Positions 1-31,700 of a stretch of DNA of 64,000 nucleotides are shown piece after piece. Where the stretch lies: NCBI GenBank assembly GCA_013239625.1, contig MU054338.1:3743371-3807370 (forward strand). The letters run 5' to 3'. A model generated the notes under the pieces. The model had not been told where the DNA came from and did not search any database. It saw only the letters and a program-made list of their open reading frames with translations. Both the position numbers and the translations under genes were made by a program. Within the stretch, counting starts at the first letter, position 1. Each line of letters opens with the position of its first letter. The stretch is from Lama guanicoe (lineage: Eukaryota).

Positions 1-632
1 TGGTCGTACACCAGGTAGATAGCACCACCAGCCACACTGCCCTTGATGAGAAACCTGCAGACAGGGAATGGAACCACAGCAGCTCAGCAGACACCGCTGG
101 CCACCTTCCCAGTCTAGGCCCAAGGGTGTGATAGTGGGGGTTTAGACCCACAATGCAAAGTGACACACCGGAAGCCGGGAAGCTAATGAGGTAAGCACAG
201 TGAAGACTTAAGGCCCCTGACCACCTTCTACCTTCCAGCTCCGGGACGGATCCTACACAAGCAACCTGCAAGGGTTTTCTAAGAGTCCCTGGTCGTTTCC
301 TGCATGTCACACGCAGCTCCGAGTGCGCATTAACCACCCAACAAACACGTGCGGCACTCCTGCTCCATTTTACAGAGCAGACAGCTGAGGCTCGGAGGGG
401 TCTAGTGTGCAGAGTAAGGAAGCAAGGACTCGCTAGGAAGCGGGAAGGAGGCGACGGGCGACCTCAGGAAGCCCCACCACGAACCGACACGGGAGACCTG
501 GCACTACGGGAAGCGAAGAGCTGGTCGGGAGCAAACCAGAGTACGGTGCCCAAAGAAGAGAACCTTTTCGGGGGCTTGGGGCCCGCCCGGTGGTCACACG
601 AACCTCATCAGCGACCACACTCGGGGTACCAT
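1..632 (-). CDS. MICOS13: MICOS complex subunit MIC13 (C19orf70/QIL1), 5' part only
   Basis: Exon 1 CDS 632-604 (ATG GTA CCC CGA GTG TGG TCG CTG ATG AG|gttcgt) and exon 2 from 54 to the window edge (cag|G TTT CTC ATC AAG...). They splice to MVPRVWSLMRFLIKGSVAGGAIYLVYD, matching the MIC13 N-terminus as recalled. Synteny with HSD11B1L/RPL36/LONP1 agrees. Confidence 0.95.
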
Positions 633-1420
633 GATTGCTCGGCTCCGCGCGCAAGGACACTCGGCTCGCCCGTCGCTTCCGGTCGAGGCGCCGCAAAGCC
701 CTCTGGGAGACGTAGTCTCTTATCAGTCGCAAAGGCCCCCGGGAGTCGGAGTCTCGGTACCCCTCCGAGACGACAGAGATGGGTAGCGGTCCGACTGCAA
801 AATGATCCTGCGGAGCTTTTACCTCAGGGCCCGGCCGCCGCAAAGCTGTCTGGGAAAAGTAGTCAGCACCGCCCCGTGATGACAACTCATTTAGCCGCCC
901 AGCCTCCTAGGAAATGCAGTCCGGCGCGCCACAGCCCTGGCGACGTGAGGAAAGGAGGAGTTGGGTGTCTGGAGTGAGGCCTGAGGGTGACCAAAGACAT
1001 GTCGGAGCCTGGGCGATCCACCCGCGCCCGCGCGGGGGACTGAGGACCCAGGCCTAGGAACACAGTGCCAGGAAGCCGGTTGTCACGGCAACACGAGGGC
1101 GGACTTGTACAAGATAGGCGGATCCTTAGTCACGTGATCGTGTAGGTGGGGCTTTCCTACAAGGGCGGGGCCAAGGGAGAGCCAGGGGGGAGGTAGTTGC
1201 CCGGCAACGCCCAGCGCAGAGTCCCCCCACATCCGGGCCCCTCCCCGCGAGGAGGTGGGCTCGGAGCCAAGTGGCTCAGGCCCTACGGGAGGGGGCGTGG
1301 TCGCGGGCTGGGTGGACACGACCGCGAAGGGAGGGCAGAGGGGCGTATGCGCGGCTCCCAGGCCCGGACCCCAGCCCCGCTGGGCCGAGGGAGAAATTTA
1401 GGCCTGATTGGGTGAGTGCG
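633..1420. promoter_or_regulatory. Bidirectional CpG-island promoter, MICOS13 / HSD11B1L
   Basis: CpG-rich. ETS core CTTCCGG near 676-682; three ZNF143/SBS-like motifs (703-717, 850-864, 907-921); two RFX X-box palindromes (1079-1092, 1196-1208); GTCACGTGAT E-box (1129-1138); GC boxes; inverted CCAAT near 1406-1411. It lies between divergent genes. Confidence 0.8.
1250..1411 (+). other. HSD11B1L: Possible non-coding first exon of HSD11B1L (5' boundary uncertain)
   Basis: Donor G|GTGAGT at 1411/1412 at the edge of the CpG island. The first coding exon has an acceptor (cag|3138) 14 nt before its ATG, implying an upstream UTR exon. Confidence 0.4.
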
Positions 1421-2429
1421 CGGAAGGGAGCGTGCAGTGGGTCTCACGCCTCCTTTGTCCAGAGGGGAAACTGAGGCCCAGCAAGGTCAGGGGGCCGGTG
1501 GGTTCTGCGGGGATCGAGTTTTCCCCTTTCATCCCTCATCACGGCCTGGCTGCTTCCTCCATCCCATTCATCCATTCATGCACCCACCCTGCCTACCAGC
1601 CAACCCCTGCAGGGCCGCTGTGGTCCGGGCCGGGTTGAGGAGAGAGTTGAGCTGAGGGGCTTCACAGCTTTTCCCTGGAAGTGGGAAGAAGTGAGAGAGC
1701 TTTCCCTGATGAGGGCATGCTGGCATGACTGGGTCAGGGCGAGGAGTTCACTTTTCTGAGAACTGGAAGATTCATAGACAGGAGCGGGGCTGGATGAGGT
1801 TGGACAGGAGGGCAGGGGTCAGACCTACTGGGTCTTGTGGGCTGAGGTGAGGAGTTTGCCTCCATCTGGGCCAGTGGCAAGTCCTGGGAGGATTTGGAGC
1901 AGGAAGAGACATGCCAGATTTTTTTTTTTTTTTTGAAGACTCCCTATGGCTGTTTGGAAAGGATAGAGTGGGAGGGAGGGAGTGTGAAGATGGGAGAGCC
2001 AGGGAGGAGGCAGCTGGAACTTCGCAGTGGGGGCAAAGGAGGTCAGACTGGATTTAGAGCTTGGAGATTTGAGGACTTACCAACCCCAACACCTCTCAGC
2101 TTCCTGTGTTCTGGAAGTCAACCTTTCTTCTTTGCCCCATGAAGTTCAGAGGATTAAAAATCCCAAGATGTGATGGGCCTATGCCCCTTTCATGGGAGAC
2201 CCACAACTCCCAGAATGTTAAGCACTTTGCCTATTTCTCTCTCACCTTCTGCCTAGAACAGGTACCTTGATTCCCACAGCTGAAGTCACATCTTAACCTG
2301 ATGACACAGACACCTCTGTCTCAAAACCAGTCCTGAATGTCCAATTCCATGGGGTGTCCCCAGACAGTTGTCTTTCTGGGCTCTCCCACTTCTCACTTCC
2401 CACGTTCCTCATATCACTGTGGGTTAGTC

Positions 2430-3010
2430 TAATATCTATTGAGGATGTACTGCATGTCTGGCAGTTTGGGGCATTGAAGATCCAAAAGTGAGCAAAATAG
2501 AAGCAGGTTTCCATTTCTTTCCTGGCCCCATGGGACTGAGTCCAAGGGCAAAGAGGGATCCTGAACATGTAACAAATCATTGAGATAATTTAAGGGGATG
2601 ACCAAGTGCTGAGAAGGAAAAGAAAGTTCTACAGATAAGGGAGAGAGAGGGACCAGGAATAGAGGTGCTTTAGAGAAGGAAGCCAGGGAAGCACCCTCCG
2701 AGGAGGTGATTTTGGAGGTGAGACTTGAAAGATCAAGCCATTGGGTTGTATTCCAGAAAAGTATTCCTAGCAGAGGGAACAGCCAGTGCAAAAGTTCTGA
2801 GCCAGGATGATGACTGGCTCATTCTGATGAACAGTGAAAAAGATGGAGTGGCAAAGCAGAGTGAACAAGAGGGGCTGGTCCAGGCAAGGCCTTTTTGGTC
2901 ACCAAGGCTTTGATTCTAAGTGATACAGGCAGAGGTTTCAGCAGGGGGAGGAGATTGGTGCAGTGGTTCCAGTGATCTGTATGATAACCTGGACCCAGTG
3001 GTGGCCATGG
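2430..3010 (+). mobile_element. Old L2-like LINE fragments (approximate)
   Basis: L2-type text such as agagggaacagccagtgcaaaag and ggaggtgattttggaggtgagacttgaaaga; recognised from memory. Confidence 0.5.
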
Positions 3011-3151
3011 AGATAGACAAGAGGGGGCAGGGCCAAGGCTGGGGGCATCACTGCGTGCTCTTCGAACAAAGACACAGTTGGGGAAATGGGTATGACTGTG
3101 GGCCAGGCCTGTGCCAGCCACCTCTCTCCTGCTGCAGACCCAGGGAGGGCC

Positions 3152-5618
3152 ATGAAGATGCTACTCCTCACTGGGCTAGGAGCCCTGTTCTTTGCCTATT
3201 ATTGGGATGACAACTTTAACCCAGGTGAGTGCCTGGGAGTGGAGGAGGGAGGAATGATCCGGCTGTCCTGTCCAACCCCCAAGCTGACCACCCCTGCTCA
3301 CTGCCAGCCAGCCTCCAGGGAGCCCGAGTGCTGCTGACCGGAGCCAGTGCAGGTGTGGGGGAGGAGCTGGCTTATCACTACGCACGCCTGGGCTCCCACC
3401 TGGTGCTCACTGCCCCCACCGAGGCTCTCCTGCAGAAGGTGAGACACCCCATTTCCAGTTTAATGGTGGCGGCAGGGATGGGGGAAAGACAGGGTCTGGG
3501 TTTGAATCCCTGCAAGCCTCCAGGCTTCCTGTGTGGCCCTGGGCAAGTCGCTTAATCTCTCTGAGTCTTAGTTTCCTCACTCACAAAACAGAGACCATAA
3601 AAGTACCTTCTCCTACTTTGTGGTGTTGGGTTGATGCAGTGAGACAGCTGGAAAGCCAGGAGTGTTCCTCAATGAGTGGAAGTACTGATAGTGAGTGGCC
3701 AAAGGCTGTAGTGATAGCTAGGGTTCTCCAGTTCAAAAGCAGGGTGGGTAGACACTTCTTAGCAACAGCCTAGTGCTGCTTCAAGGAAATGTAGTTTTGG
3801 GGAATAAACCTTCCAGAATGTTAAGAGAGGTCAGAAATCTCAGGATGCATTTGAAATCTCCTGAGTTTTAAATGTTGATGGTCGAGCAAATAAAATGTCC
3901 TCTGTCCTGGCCTGCAGTCTGCCAGTTTGCTACCCCAGGGGTTAGCTTTGAGAATGATGTTGAATGGAATCTGAGGCTCGTACTAGGGGCGGGGGCTTCA
4001 GGCTGGGACCCTAACGGGGCAGGCCGGCGGAGGGGCCCACGGGCAGCTCTGGCCCCCTCAGGTGGTGGGGAGCTGCCGGGAGCTGGGCGCTGCCAAGGTC
4101 TTCTACGTCGCTGCGGACGTGGCCTTCCCCGAGGTGCCCGAGCGCGTGGTGCGGTTTGCGCTGGACAAGCTGGGTGAGGGGCGGGGCCTGGAGTCGGGAC
4201 CTTGGCCTTGGCCTTAGGGGCAGGATCCAAATTAGGGTGGGAGGGTGGTAGTTACGGGAGTCTGAGGGCGGAGACTTATGGACAAGGGGCGTGGCCAGGG
4301 GTGGAGCCTCATTGCATCCAGCAACTGTGGACCGAGCCTCATTGGATCTGGGAAGAGGGGAGTAGAGTGGGGTTTCTTTGATCTTAGTTGGGGGCGCTAT
4401 CTGGGGCGGAGCTCATTGGGTCAGTGCTCTGTCAGAGCTTTGCTAGCTCAGGGGGCAGGATTAGGGTTGGTGTCTTATCAGGCACGGGGGCGGAGCCTCA
4501 AGGACTGACTCCGGGCTGACGGGCCTCTCTGGGCTAGGAGGGCTGGACTACCTGGTGCTGAACCACCTCGGCGCCGCCCCGGCAGGCACGCGGGCCCGCA
4601 GCGCCAAGGCGACACGCTGGCTCATGCAGGTGCTCCGACCCTCCGCGGCCCCAGCTCCGCCTCCTCTTGGTTCTGGCTCCGACCTCCCGCCCCAGACTCT
4701 CCCCATCTCCTGGGGCCCTGCCACTCCCAGCTCCAAACCCCGCCTTTCCTGGTTCTAGGCTCCGCCCTCTCGACCTTGGCTCCGCCCCCTGGCCTGCTCT
4801 CCCTCTTCCATTCGGAACTTCGTCCCATTTCTCGAACCCCGCCCCTACCTACCAAGCCCCACCCCCGTGCTCTAGGCTCCGCCCCTGCCCTGTTGGGGTT
4901 GGGTTCCTCCTCCGCCCGGTGACGCAGTCGACGCCTTCAGGTGAACTTCCTGAGTTACGTGCAACTAACTTCGTTGGCGCTGCCCAGTCTGACCGACAGC
5001 AAGGGCTCCCTGGTGGTGGTGTCCTCGTTGCTAGGTGCGTGCACGCGGGGCGGGGAGCGGGGAAGCCACAGGGCTCTATGTGGGAGAGCCTGGAGGTGCC
5101 AGGAAGATTTCCTGGAGGAGGGGGAGCAGTGTGTGACTGCTCAGCCCCTGCCCTCCGGCGCCCCCAGGCCGCGTGCCCACCTCCTTCTCCAGCCCCTACT
5201 CGGCGGCCAAGATCGCTCTGGACAGCTTCTTTGGCTCTCTCCGGCGGGAGCTGGACGTGCAGGACGTGAATGTGGCTATCACCATGTGCGTCCTGGGCCT
5301 CCGAGATCGCGCCTCAGTCGCGGAGGGAGTCAGGTGAGGCCCAGGGCGCGAGCGTGGACCAGGCGGGGGTTGGGGTTGGGGGCCGCTCAGCCCCAGCCCC
5401 CACCGCGCACTCCCATCCCCAGGGGCGTCACGAAGGCCAAGGCGGCCCCAGGGCCCAAGGCAGCTCTGGCTGTGATCCGAGGCGGCGCCACACGTGCCTC
5501 TGGCGTCTTCTACCCATGGCGCTTCCACCTGCTCTGCCTGCTTCGCGGCTGGCTGCCCTACCCGAGGGCCTGGTTCATCCGCCAGGATCTCAACATCACG
5601 GTCCCCGCTGCTGCCTGA
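3152..5618 (+). CDS. HSD11B1L: Hydroxysteroid 11-beta-dehydrogenase 1-like protein (SDR family), 287 aa
   Basis: Coding exons 3152-3224, 3308-3438, 4062-4173, 4538-4629, 4941-5034, 5168-5333, 5423-5618 (864 nt, all GT-AG, phases consistent). Protein MKMLLLTGLGALFFAYYWDDNFNPASLQGARVLLTGASAGVGEELAYHY...QDLNITVPAAA, with Rossmann TGASAGVG and catalytic YSAAK motifs. Confidence 0.96.
3495..3670. mobile_element. MIR-like SINE
   Basis: Degenerate MIR core: ccctgggcaagtcgcttaatctctctgagtcttagtttcctcactcacaaaa. Confidence 0.6.
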
Positions 5619-6142
5619 GCTCAGAAGACTTTCCAGCTAACTATCCTGGAGCCAGGACACACACCAAGACACCTCTGAGAGAGTGGCGGAGGTCCAGGAG
5701 AAAGTCATCAAGACAGAAAAGTAAAACCGAGAGAAACTACCAGCACCTGAAAACAATCAGAACTCCGTGTGCAACTGTCGACAGCTTGCCAGGCATCTTA
5801 CCAGGAACTTGGAAGGCAACACCCCAGTCTTCTCAACTGTCACTGAAGATATGATTGCTGCTTCCATTTTGCAGATGAAAAAACTGAGACTCAGAGAGGC
5901 AGTGTCCCAGGTTCCTGGCCACATCAAACAGGTCACAACACCACGGAGCCACCCTGGGAACCCTCTTAGTCTCCAACCTGAAACCACCATGTCCCTGATT
6001 TGTTTGTTTTGCTCAGACTCGGAGCATCCTCCAACCCTTGCCGGAGCGAGGGAGCCCTTCAAGCTGTCGATTTGACCGTGGGGTCTGAGAATGAGGAGGA
6101 GGAAAAGAACGTGTTCTGGGCTAGATCCAGCCTCTGTTTGAT

Positions 6143-6148
6143 AATAAA
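6143..6148 (+). terminator. Polyadenylation signal (AATAAA), likely HSD11B1L
   Basis: AATAAA about 525 nt after the stop codon, followed by T-rich sequence. Confidence 0.65.
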
Positions 6149-6894
6149 AATCTTTCTTCCTTTGCGCATCTATTGTTCAAATTCCTTGGTCCTTCCAACT
6201 TGCTGGTGGCAGACGAGTTAAGAGGAATGTGTGTACCGGCTCCAGAACTCTTAACTTCATTTCACAGGTGGAGAAACAGGCTGAGAGACAGCTACACCTC
6301 ACCCAAGAAGTCGGATAGAAGGAAGGGTAACTGATTGTGGGTTAAAGGCTTTATTGGCAGCACAAAGTATGTGGTTTATGCACCAATAATGATAACTTGC
6401 ATCAGGCACTAAGCACTTGGCATTCATGACCTCTTGGCATCTTCACAACTGGAAGTTTGTGCTACCATTGTTACAATTTTATGGATAAGAAAACTTAGAG
6501 GGGAAGTCAATGACAGAAGCTGGGATTCCGAGACCAGACTTCCTCTTTAAGACAACACGTAGGCTGCATCTGCACATCACTGATATTTATATTAATGAGT
6601 TAAAAATGGACACTTTCCCTAAAATGGTAAAGAAAAAGCAACTGTAAAGATAAAAACTAGAATGAATACAATGTTATAAAATGCTAGCTACTGTTGGCTG
6701 TCCAAGGCTCCTACTCCTGCTGTCCAAGATCAGCAGGTGTTAGAAGGCCTAACTCCAAAGAGACCAGCCCGAAATTGATTCTGTCTCTTGGAGATAAATA
6801 GAATCGAAAGATAAAAACCAGAAAACAATTTTTTGTTGTTGTTTCCACTACGCCTCCCATCCCTGCGCCTAAAATTACATCAAGTTATATTAAA

Positions 6895-6912
6895 TGCCAG
6901 CAGGGGGCGCTC
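6895..6912 (+). promoter_or_regulatory. CTCF motif
   Basis: TGCCAGCAGGGGGCGCTC is a near-perfect match to the CTCF core consensus, located between HSD11B1L and RPL36. Confidence 0.65.
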
Positions 6913-7099
6913 TACCACAAAGTTTTCCTTAGCTCTAGCCCAGAACTTGGCTCCCTGTATAGTAAAACCGATACATCCGTTTATGGAAGTATTATTTTGT
7001 GCCAGGTATCATTATATCTTGTTCATATAGCTTGGAATAGGTACTATTACTGTCATCATCCTATAAATGGAAAAATTCAGGTAATGGGAGGTGAAGTCC

Positions 7100-8537
<1,438 letters not shown>

Positions 8538-8560
8538 GCCCCTCCCTCGCGTCTGTGTGT

Positions 8561-8566
8561 AATAAA
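8561..8566 (+). terminator. RPL36 polyadenylation signal AATAAA
   Basis: AATAAA 24 nt after the stop codon. Confidence 0.85.
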
Positions 8567-8687
8567 ACCTTTTCTGAAACGTGCTGGTATGGTGAAGAGG
8601 GGGGTCCTTTGAAACTTGAGGGGCACCTTGGTGAGGGGCATGGTGGTGGGCACAGAAGGAAGCCAGTCTGCAGTACTGGAAATGGTT

Positions 8688-8693
8688 TTTAAT
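8688..8693 (-). terminator. LONP1 polyadenylation signal ATTAAA
   Basis: TTTAAT on + (ATTAAA on -) about 155 nt downstream of the LONP1 stop; the best candidate before RPL36. Confidence 0.65.
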
Positions 8694-8848
8694 CATAATT
8701 AAATAGTGGGTGATTAAGCCATAACTGAGGTCTTGGACTCCAGGCTTCTCCTGAGTTTCCTGTGGCTCAGCTGCCTGGAGCCTCGGCCCCCCAGTACAGA
8801 TTCAGCCCAGGCTGGGTCCAGCGGTGCCAGCAGTGTCCAGGGCCGCCA

Positions 8849-28134
<19,286 letters not shown>

Positions 28135-28762
28135 GGCCCGGCCATCCTGGCGGCGCGCGGCACTTGCGTCACTTCCGCGGGCCAGGCTGGGGCGCACGTG
28201 ACAGCGGGCGCGTGCCTGGGTGCCCGCGGGGGGCGTGGCCCAGAACGGACAGCTGCGGGGGCGGGACTTGGAAGAGTGGAGGCGGGGCCTACACGGAGAA
28301 GAACAAAGCGTTTGGGCTTCTTCGTCCCGTCCATCTATTCCGGCCTCCTAGCTAGCGCGCCTGGAAGGCTGTGGGCACGCACGACGGTCCCTAGAAAGAG
28401 AGCAGCTGCGGCTGCAAGCGCAGCTTTGGGAACATGTGGGCATACCGGTCCAAACACTTGGGCTTAGGCACTTGGGTGGCGTGCGCATCCTCAAGCTCTG
28501 GTTGGCGGATTCGGGCTTCCTGGGAGATGCTAAGTGCATGCTTAAAGTAGACAGCCCACGGGCGATCGTCTGCGCATGCCCAGGCGATGGAGGGGCGTGT
28601 TGAGCTGGACGGATTCGGGCTTCGCGGGGAACGAGATGCGCATGCCCAGGCTCCGTGGCGGACGTGCGTAGGCGCAGGCTCCAGTTTGCGCATGCCCAGA
28701 CTGTGAAGGGCCTCGTAACAGCAGTTGAGAGGGTGTGGGTTGGCGGCGGCGGCCAGAGCGAG
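28135..28762. promoter_or_regulatory. Bidirectional CpG-island promoter, LONP1 / CATSPERD
   Basis: ETS-CRE composite CGGAAGTGACGCA (minus, 28165-28177); CACGTG at 28195-28200; GC boxes about 28257-28288; three identical NRF1-like TGCGCATGCCCAG (28571, 28637, 28687). The two ATGs are 629 bp apart. Confidence 0.8.
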
Positions 28763-31700
28763 ATGCTAGTGTTCGTGATGGTGGCGGCGACTACCTTGCG
28801 GCTGTGCCCGCTGGCCAGAGCTCAGCCGCTGTGCCGGTGGGGCCGTTTTCCCGTGGCTAGGGTGCCCCCAGGGTTTGGGGAGCGGGCGGGCTCATCCCTG
28901 AGCGGAGGCTTGGGTGGGATGCAGGAAAGACGTCCCGCCCCCCAACCTCATTTGAGGTTTCCAAGTTTACTCTTCTAGGAAGCGAACTTGATACCCGCCC
29001 TTTCTCTCACCCCCCCCCCTGCAGCCCATCACCAAGTCCTCTCATCACCATTTAAAAACTTTGGCCCGATTCCGATCCTTTCAGGCCACCTCCACCACGC
29101 TAGTCCGTGCCCTCCTGTTGATCCTGGCCGGAGGGACTGTTTATAGACGAGTGTGAACTCGTCATTCCCCTCCCCTGGTTCTCTGTGGCATTCAGAATAA
29201 AACCCAGTTCCGTTGCGCAGCCTTCATTTCCTCGAATGATCTGGCCCACGGTTCGTCATTAGCGCTGCTGATATTTGGGGCCAGATCATTCTGGGGTGGA
29301 GCCATCCTGCATATTATCGAGTGTGGAGCAGTATCCCTGGCCTCCACCCATTAGATGCCAGTAGTATCTCCTTCAGCAGCCCTGCCCATCAATCACATGT
29401 CTCTAGGTATTGCCAAGGGTGCCCTCGGGATGTGACAACCACTGATGTGGCCCCTGCCCACCCCTGAATCACTGGTCCAGCCACACGTCCCTTGAATATG
29501 CCAAACGCGGGCCAGCCTTGGGAACGGGGGGAGACTTGGCGTTTGGTACTCCTTTCTGGAGCACTTTGCTTCCAGCTTTTCCCCACTACTTCTTCCTCAT
29601 CACCCAGATCCGGCTGAAATAGTACACTTCCTTATTTAAAGCCTCCCTCCTCCCCATAGCTGCTTTTCCCCATCATCACTAACTTCCATTACTCTTTTCA
29701 CAAATGTTTTCTTGTCTCCTGCTGTCACTGGGATATTCTCTCCATGAGTGTATAGCGTGTTTCTCTTATTCACTCCTTGCGCAGAAAATTTTTAGATTTC
29801 AGTAAGTGTTAGATTAGTAAAGAGTGTACACGAGGTGCTGTGGGGGCTGGGCAGATGCCAAAGCCCAGGTCCTGCCCTCAGGGAAGTCCTGCCTGGAGTG
29901 AGCAGGGTCCTGTTTGCCGATGAAATAGCTAATGTGTGCTTCTGGTGTGCCTCGTTTGATCTTAAGGACAAGGTTCATGGTGTAGTGGTTCCTTAACCTT
30001 ACTTGATGAATGTGAAAACAGACTCATCGAAATTAAAGACACCCTCGCCTTTAACAGGGGAGTCAGGAGTAGGGTTTTCCAGTGAGATTTACTGGCAGGA
30101 TATGTCTTAAAATCTGGAAAGGCTGGTTACATCCAGTTCTCCCCTTTGCCCACAATGGTTCTCAAAGCATGGCCCTGGGCCAGCCACATCAGCATCACTC
30201 GGGAATTTGTTAGAACTGCAGTTCCCTGGATCTACTGAATCAGAGGCTCAGAAGTGGGGCTCAGTGATCTACAGTTTACCAAGCCCCCAGGGTTGGCACA
30301 CATCCAAGACTGAGAACCAAGATCGGGAAAAAAGAAAAGAAAAAAGAAAATCTTCCTAAACTGGGATCTGCAAGTGAGCCTTAAAGAGCTCTTGGGAACA
30401 TGTCCATTTCTGCACATAAATAAGTTTGTTTCAGGAAAGGAGGGACCACGTTTTCATCAGATTTTCCGGGGGTTCCCGTCAGTCTAGAAGCTTCAAGAAC
30501 ATGCTGCACTGTTAACCCAGACACAACCCGGCAGGAGTCCTGCGGAATACTCAACAAACATTGACAGGTGCTTTCTCGTCTCTTACCTCTAGCATGCAGA
30601 CGGTGAGGACAGGAAAGATATTTCACGATGGACAGAAAATTCAAGGGGTACGTGGGTCCATATTTAACATTCACTCTTGACTTTCATCTAATTGCTGGAT
30701 AACAAGGAACCTTTTCTAGTCTTGCTTGGGTGTCAGTGTTGTGGCAGGCATAGACCATGACTTAATCTAATCCTTACCATTGCCTTTTGAAGTAGGCGAT
30801 AATCTTCCCATGTCACTAAAAAACTGGTTGAGAGAGATCACAGAACCTCAGCAAAGCCAGGAGAGGGCGCTGGGTTTAGGACTCAGTTCACCTGAGTTTT
30901 TATCTAGCGTTCTATCTGATAGAAGGTTTTAAATGCAGAGGGACAGAGAAAGCAAACCCTTACTTTGTTTACATGACGTAGTGTAGGAGAAAATTTCCTT
31001 TTGCCCCACGTGTGCCTATAAATACAAAAAGAAAAAACTATTTTGTCATCTCAAATGTGTTTCCTATTGATGTTGCGTTATTTCAGAAGTGATGTCAGCA
31101 TTTCTAAATCAAGTGACTGGTCTCTAACGCGAGCTTTATGATTTTTGTCCTCTGGCCTCTCTTTCAAATAACAAATAACCTGGAAATACATAACAGAGAC
31201 AAGAATGAGATGTGATGTGTATAATTATCCTGGGAATCTCTTTAAACTTTTAATTTTGACATAATTATAGATTCACAGCATGCTGCAAAACAGTGCAGAG
31301 ATGTCCCAGGTCCCCTCACCCAGCTTCCCCCATTGGTGACCTCTGACATGACCAAGGGATGACATCAAAACAGGAAAATTAGATGTAACCCACCTGCCTA
31401 ATTTAGATTTCACTTTTACATTTTCTTTTTTTTTTTACATTTACATTTTCAGTGTTGCACGTTAGGAAATGGTTTTTGCCAGGTAATTATTACTACTGAT
31501 TTGATGAAGGTTTTATGACTCTCTTTCTCTAGGACCTCCTGTATTTTTCATCTGCGACAACTCGCTTGATTAAACATCCTTGCAAGAAAAACATAGCCCT
31601 GTATCTAGGGTAAGTGACCATTTTAGGTATTGTTACCTTCCTTTTTATTAAAACATCATATTTGCCCTCATTCCTTCATTCAGTCAACATTATGAAAAAC

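Noticed and set aside
405..977. 190-aa + strand ORF over the MICOS13 promoter
   Set aside because: GC-rich CpG-island ORF with a non-ATG start, antisense to MICOS13 exon 1, with no recognisable domain.
28135..28197. N-terminal extension of LONP1 suggested by the ORF track (start 28197)
   Set aside because: Non-ATG start lying within promoter motifs. The ATG at 28134 has good Kozak context and gives the expected protein length.
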